Shown: piece after piece, positions 59,998 through 64,000 of the stretch | Position numbering within the stretch: the stretch's first letter is position 1 | Layout of the letters: every line of letters begins with the position of its first letter | Source: a virus | Lineage: Duplodnaviria > Caudoviricetes | DNA: 64,000 bases | Direction: 5' to 3' (one strand) | Virus record (IMG/VR): IMGVR_UViG_3300028048_001497 | Coordinates: 110,541 to 174,540 of that record | The notes under the pieces: model-generated | Seen by the model: the letters and a program-made list of their open reading frames with translations, nothing else | The model's database searches: none | What the model was told of the DNA's origin: nothing | Position numbers and translations under genes: made by a program

Positions 59998-60780
59998 TTG
60001 GAAAATGACGATTATATATTTTACAACAATGATTGTTTCGTAGATGGAATTAAACCAATTTATAATGAAAAAAGTTTTAATCAAGAAACGTGCGTATTAT
60101 ATCAAGAAAATAAAATTGTTGAAATGACGGAACAAGAAAAACTTGATATGATACAAAATGAACAGAAAAGAAAAAAGCACAAACCAACAATAGAAGAAGC
60201 CGTAAGCGATTTTAGAAATGGTTGTCAAGAAGCCTTTGATTATGTGTATGAATATTATAAACCAAAAATAAATTATATGGTTTTTTCAAAAGCAGAAAAA
60301 GGTAAAGAAGAAGAAATGTTTTCTGATATTACCATGCAACTGTTTCAATGTATGCAAAAATATAAATTCGGTTCGATTAAATTTAATACATTTTTTTGGC
60401 GTTGTGCGCAAAATGTAGTTGGAATACATTTTACTGCACAGACAACACAAAAACGGAATAATATTTATGGTTATATTCCAATAGATGCAAAGGTAAATAA
60501 TAAAAAAGGCGAAGGTTCTCTTATTCAAGATATAATTGAAGATAGACATGCAACGGATTATTTTCACCAAGTTGAATTTGAATGTTCTTTGAATAAATGC
60601 GTTTTGCCTAAATTTTCAGATAATAAAGATAAAATTATTATTAAAATGTTGGCAAAAGGATATATGATAAAAGATATATGCAAAGAATTGAATATTACAT
60701 CATCAGGTGTTCATCTTCGGATAAAAAAGATAAGAGAAAAATTAAATTATGATGACTTTAAAAAATTATTAAAGCATTAA
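59998..60780 (+). CDS. Phage sigma-70 family sigma factor
   Basis: Region 2-like (AFDYVYEYYKP...KFNTFFWRCAQN) and region 4 HTH (GYMIKDICKELNITSSGVHLRIKKIREKL). Confidence 0.8.
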   Translation: MENDDYIFYNNDCFVDGIKPIYNEKSFNQETCVLYQENKIVEMTEQEKLDMIQNEQKRKKHKPTIEEAVSDFRNGCQEAFDYVYEYYKPKINYMVFSKAEKGKEEEMFSDITMQLFQCMQKYKFGSIKFNTFFWRCAQNVVGIHFTAQTTQKRNNIYGYIPIDAKVNNKKGEGSLIQDIIEDRHATDYFHQVEFECSLNKCVLPKFSDNKDKIIIKMLAKGYMIKDICKELNITSSGVHLRIKKIREKLNYDDFKKLLKH

Positions 60781-60812
60781 AAAAAGAGGTACTAAATTGT
60801 ACCTCTTTTTTT
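60780..60812. terminator. Bidirectional terminator
   Basis: aaaaaagaggtac/gtacctctttttt between convergent genes. Confidence 0.8.
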
Positions 60813-60813
60813 G

Positions 60814-63705
60814 TTATAATAGATATACATACATTTCCTTTTCAGGGTCACGATTTACAAATAGTGTTATTCTAAACGTATCATTGATAACTCTTGTGGA
60901 AGGAATGTACAAATTAATCTTTGTACCTAATTCATCACAATTGTATTTGATAATGTCAAGATATGTTGGCAAATCAGTTGGATGATGGTCTTGAACAACT
61001 TCTAATGTAATTTTCGTTGTGGTTAATGTAACATCTTCACTCTTAACACTTATATTCGTTGGTATTCTGCTTTCAGCAGGTTGTACAACAAATATAGATG
61101 TTGGTAAGTTCGTATTTGGATTCACTTCTAATGTTGTTGGATAATCAACCCAATCAACGTTCTTAGGAGTATGATAATACGTGACTGTAATAGAAGGTTT
61201 AGCCATATCTCCTAGTTTGGTTTGCATTGAAGATATTTCCATAATGCTAGTAGATTTCTTATTACGTTTCTCAATCTCTAAATAGTAGCTACGTACTGTA
61301 GATGTGAGATTTTCAAAATCTAACAAGTCTTTTGTAATATCTATATTCAATCTACCTGTCTTAGAAGGAGCTTTAACTTCTGTAATGTAAGCTAGTTTCT
61401 TGACTTTTTCAAACTTAGTATAATTAATTGTATTTTCAGACCAGTTATTACTGATAGAATATACTTTAATTATATCTCCTGTTTGTAGAGCAGATTCAAC
61501 GTTCAAATGCAATATTGCCTTTTGAACTGTCTGATACCCATAATATTGTGCATCTTTCTTGTCTCTATCAATATTGAGTTCTGCAAAGTCGAAACCTAAC
61601 AATGTGCTAATGACATCATATTTCTTTGTATTACCAATTACAATTCTAGGTTTTTGTCCAAAATTCATTAGACGTTTCATGTTATAAATGTACGAATCTT
61701 TCGTAGCAAATATACGTTTCTTCGCCAATTGTGGTAATCCAATCTTTGCATGAGCTTTGATAACAGGAGCAATTCGTTCAGTAGAAACAAACATATCCGT
61801 TCTAATCTGATTAATATTTGGTATTGCTAAGAATGTGTACAAATCATTTGGAACTTTATTAATAATTGTAATATTGTTTTCAAATGAGCCACGTCCATTA
61901 ACAAACATATTAATTGGTAAATTAGAAGAACCGCTATATGTTACTTCAAGCGTTGTTTCTTTGTCAACCATTACTCTGTGACTAAATACGCTTGTAGCTT
62001 TTAATTGTTTGAATACTTTAATTACATTAAGTGCCGTTGGCAATTCGTTTTTACTTGTTCTCTTTACTGTTAATGTTGTCTTTAAATCTTTTGGTCTACC
62101 TTCAATGGCAAACATTTCTGCAACAGTTTCTAGTTTTGCAGGAGTAGAAATAACATTCATATAAATAGGAATAAAATCTCTGTCTGTATTACATACAGTT
62201 AAAGTAATTGGAATTGTTTTTTCATTTACATAATGTTTATATGGCGTTATATATCCTGTAGTTTGTAACTTAGCTTTTCTATTAACAACAAGTGTTGTTG
62301 GCAAGAGATATGTTTCATGTCCAATAACGTCTATTGTTGTTGGCAATACTTTTGTAATGTCTTTATGAATAATATTTGCAATTGATTCAAAGAAATATTT
62401 ATTAACAACATACATTTCCATTGGAATTTGTTGTTTAATAGGATTAAAGACATTTAATGTAATTGGTAATATTGTGTCATCATAATAATGATATTTGCTA
62501 AACGAAACAATTTGTTCAAAAGAATAATGTGGATTATCAACAGTTAAAGTAATTGGTAAATTATTATTGATATAATTTTTAACATTTAATAAAATATTAA
62601 TTCCGTTTTTATTTTGTGGAATTGGAATAATATCTAAGCTAATAGGTAGATTACTATTCTTATCGGATTTATTATTCCATCCAATTACTTGCATATTTGT
62701 TGGCAATTGATTATTTTCTTTTTGTTGAACAAGTAATTTAATATAAGTGGTTATATTATCACAAATTCGTTTAACTATTAATGTAGTTGGTAAATTACTA
62801 CGTTCTACACGTTGTACATTAATTTTAGTTGGCAAAGATTTTTTATCATCAACCGTAACTGCAACAACTAATTTTGTTTTTAATTTAGTAGCTTCATATA
62901 CTGATACTGTCATAGTAACAGGTAGTTTGGTTTCTTCTGTTACTTTAACAATAATATCTGTTTTGCGTTGTGTAATTTCTTTACGTTGTACAACAAAATC
63001 TTTGATTTCAAAATCTAAATAACCAAAACGCTTAACGATTAAATTAATTGGTATTCCACGTTCTTTATTAATAACAGATAAGTTTGTTTTTAAATCAGTA
63101 CGAGAATAAACCGTCATATCTGTTTTAATATCTTGTTTGTCGTGTCTACATACTGTTAAATCTGTTGGTAAATCCGTTGCGTTATTTTGTTGTACTGTTA
63201 ATGTAAGTGGTTTATCAAATAATTTTCTAGGTAGAACGTTGAAGCCAATGTTAAATCCATTATTATATCCAATATGAATACTTTCATTATCAGGGTAATT
63301 ACCAACATTGAGTTCGTTAATTTTAACCAATCTATGATTTTTGATTTCATATTCAAAATTCTTTAATTTATCATAGATATTAAAATAATAATTATATATA
63401 CCATCAGGAACGTCCGTATTTAATTTTAACCCTTTTCTAGCACCAGTATCACTACTCATACTCTGTGTTACATCCAAAGGATAATCATCAGGGTATAACG
63501 GTTCATTCTTAATAGTTTTCCAATATCCTAGTGAAGCGAACCAAGTTATTTCTGTGGCTTCGGAAGGTTTATATTCAGCACCCATATCGACAAATACAGT
63601 ATTATCTGTTTGATTAAAGGAATAAAAATTCATATAAGTTGAATTTTCATAGAACATTAACCTATAGCCCTTATATTGCAAAGAGAGTGCGTTCATATAA
63701 CGCAT
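60814..63705 (-). CDS. Repeat-rich structural protein with DNRLRE/CBM96-like domain; probably the 3' part of a frameshifted longer gene
   Basis: Many LPT.L.V repeats; KDSYIY...NFG...LLGFD...AILHL...W.ENTI.Y...KPSITVTY; frame stays open upstream to the A8 tract. Confidence 0.65.
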   Translation of the reverse strand: MRYMNALSLQYKGYRLMFYENSTYMNFYSFNQTDNTVFVDMGAEYKPSEATEITWFASLGYWKTIKNEPLYPDDYPLDVTQSMSSDTGARKGLKLNTDVPDGIYNYYFNIYDKLKNFEYEIKNHRLVKINELNVGNYPDNESIHIGYNNGFNIGFNVLPRKLFDKPLTLTVQQNNATDLPTDLTVCRHDKQDIKTDMTVYSRTDLKTNLSVINKERGIPINLIVKRFGYLDFEIKDFVVQRKEITQRKTDIIVKVTEETKLPVTMTVSVYEATKLKTKLVVAVTVDDKKSLPTKINVQRVERSNLPTTLIVKRICDNITTYIKLLVQQKENNQLPTNMQVIGWNNKSDKNSNLPISLDIIPIPQNKNGINILLNVKNYINNNLPITLTVDNPHYSFEQIVSFSKYHYYDDTILPITLNVFNPIKQQIPMEMYVVNKYFFESIANIIHKDITKVLPTTIDVIGHETYLLPTTLVVNRKAKLQTTGYITPYKHYVNEKTIPITLTVCNTDRDFIPIYMNVISTPAKLETVAEMFAIEGRPKDLKTTLTVKRTSKNELPTALNVIKVFKQLKATSVFSHRVMVDKETTLEVTYSGSSNLPINMFVNGRGSFENNITIINKVPNDLYTFLAIPNINQIRTDMFVSTERIAPVIKAHAKIGLPQLAKKRIFATKDSYIYNMKRLMNFGQKPRIVIGNTKKYDVISTLLGFDFAELNIDRDKKDAQYYGYQTVQKAILHLNVESALQTGDIIKVYSISNNWSENTINYTKFEKVKKLAYITEVKAPSKTGRLNIDITKDLLDFENLTSTVRSYYLEIEKRNKKSTSIMEISSMQTKLGDMAKPSITVTYYHTPKNVDWVDYPTTLEVNPNTNLPTSIFVVQPAESRIPTNISVKSEDVTLTTTKITLEVVQDHHPTDLPTYLDIIKYNCDELGTKINLYIPSTRVINDTFRITLFVNRDPEKEMYVYLL

Positions 63706-63785
63706 ATATAAACGGTTATATTCGGCACTCTCTTTATCTACATCTGTTAGTGCAATATAAGCATCAGAACGTAACTGGTCGAGTA

Positions 63786-63998
63786 TTAGATACTGATTTT
63801 TTTTCTGATACTATTTAAGAAATTGTCAGCCGCTTTTTCATAAATAGCAAGTTTTGTTTCTGCATAGGATTCACCTGAAACAACTTTGCTATCATATGTC
63901 TTTGTAGCTTCATTTAATTCAGTTAAAGCATCATCTAATTTTTTAACATCGGCATCGTAAGCGTCTTTGTTATCGTAGTTTTCTACATCATTAACGCT
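63786..63998 (-). CDS. Partial ORF entering from the window edge; joins 60814..63705 by a -1 shift
   Basis: SVNDVENYDNKDAYDADVKK...FLNSIRKKISI*. Confidence 0.6.
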   Translation of the reverse strand, partial: SVNDVENYDNKDAYDADVKKLDDALTELNEATKTYDSKVVSGESYAETKLAIYEKAADNFLNSIRKKISI

Positions 63999-64000
63999 AT

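Noticed and set aside
537-63022. Numerous short antisense or out-of-frame ORFs in the track (e.g. 6851..7411, 50200..50712, 59271..59765)
   Set aside because: They are shadows of long genes, without RBS or recognisable motifs
1-64000. Alternative genetic code, tRNA/rRNA genes or a CRISPR array
   Set aside because: Long ORFs are intact in code 11; no tRNA, rRNA or repeat-spacer array was recognised by eye

Overview
This AT-rich window comes from a large (jumbo-type) contractile-tailed phage, probably infecting Bacillota, judging by sigmaA-type promoters, GGAGG/GGTGA RBSs and a Firmicutes-like HU. About 1-33 kb is a tail/baseplate module: two tape-measure-like proteins with different muralytic domains, a chaperone, a LysM hub, spike, gp25-like, baseplate J, a GH-fold/gpI-like fusion and fibre proteins. 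About 33.5-52 kb is a replication/nucleoid module: PC4-like SSB, intein-containing SF2 helicase, DnaC-like loader, DnaB, CHC2 primase Zn domain, two HU, GyrB/GyrA, a 2H phosphoesterase and ClpX. The remainder carries RecJ, a DHH phosphoesterase, a WYL gene, a sigma factor and minus-strand structural genes. Selfish elements are abundant: a group I intron with GIY-YIG in gyrB, two free-standing endonucleases, a mini-intein, an intact IscB/omegaRNA element, two 375-nt tnpB-deleted IS200/IS605 mini-elements and an orphan left end. The most notable observations are: (i) both omegaRNA-only mini-elements sit exactly 4 nt upstream of a TATAAT box, so their predicted guides read promoter -10 elements; (ii) a 157-nt rod-shaped RNA starts at a putative late promoter in front of the WYL gene; (iii) an endonuclease insertion appears to have supplied gyrB with a replacement N-terminus; (iv) IscB inserted between an RBS and its ATG while donating a new in-frame start; (v) an A8 frameshift joins two ORFs at the right edge. 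All protein calls come from motif recognition by eye; no database searches were run.
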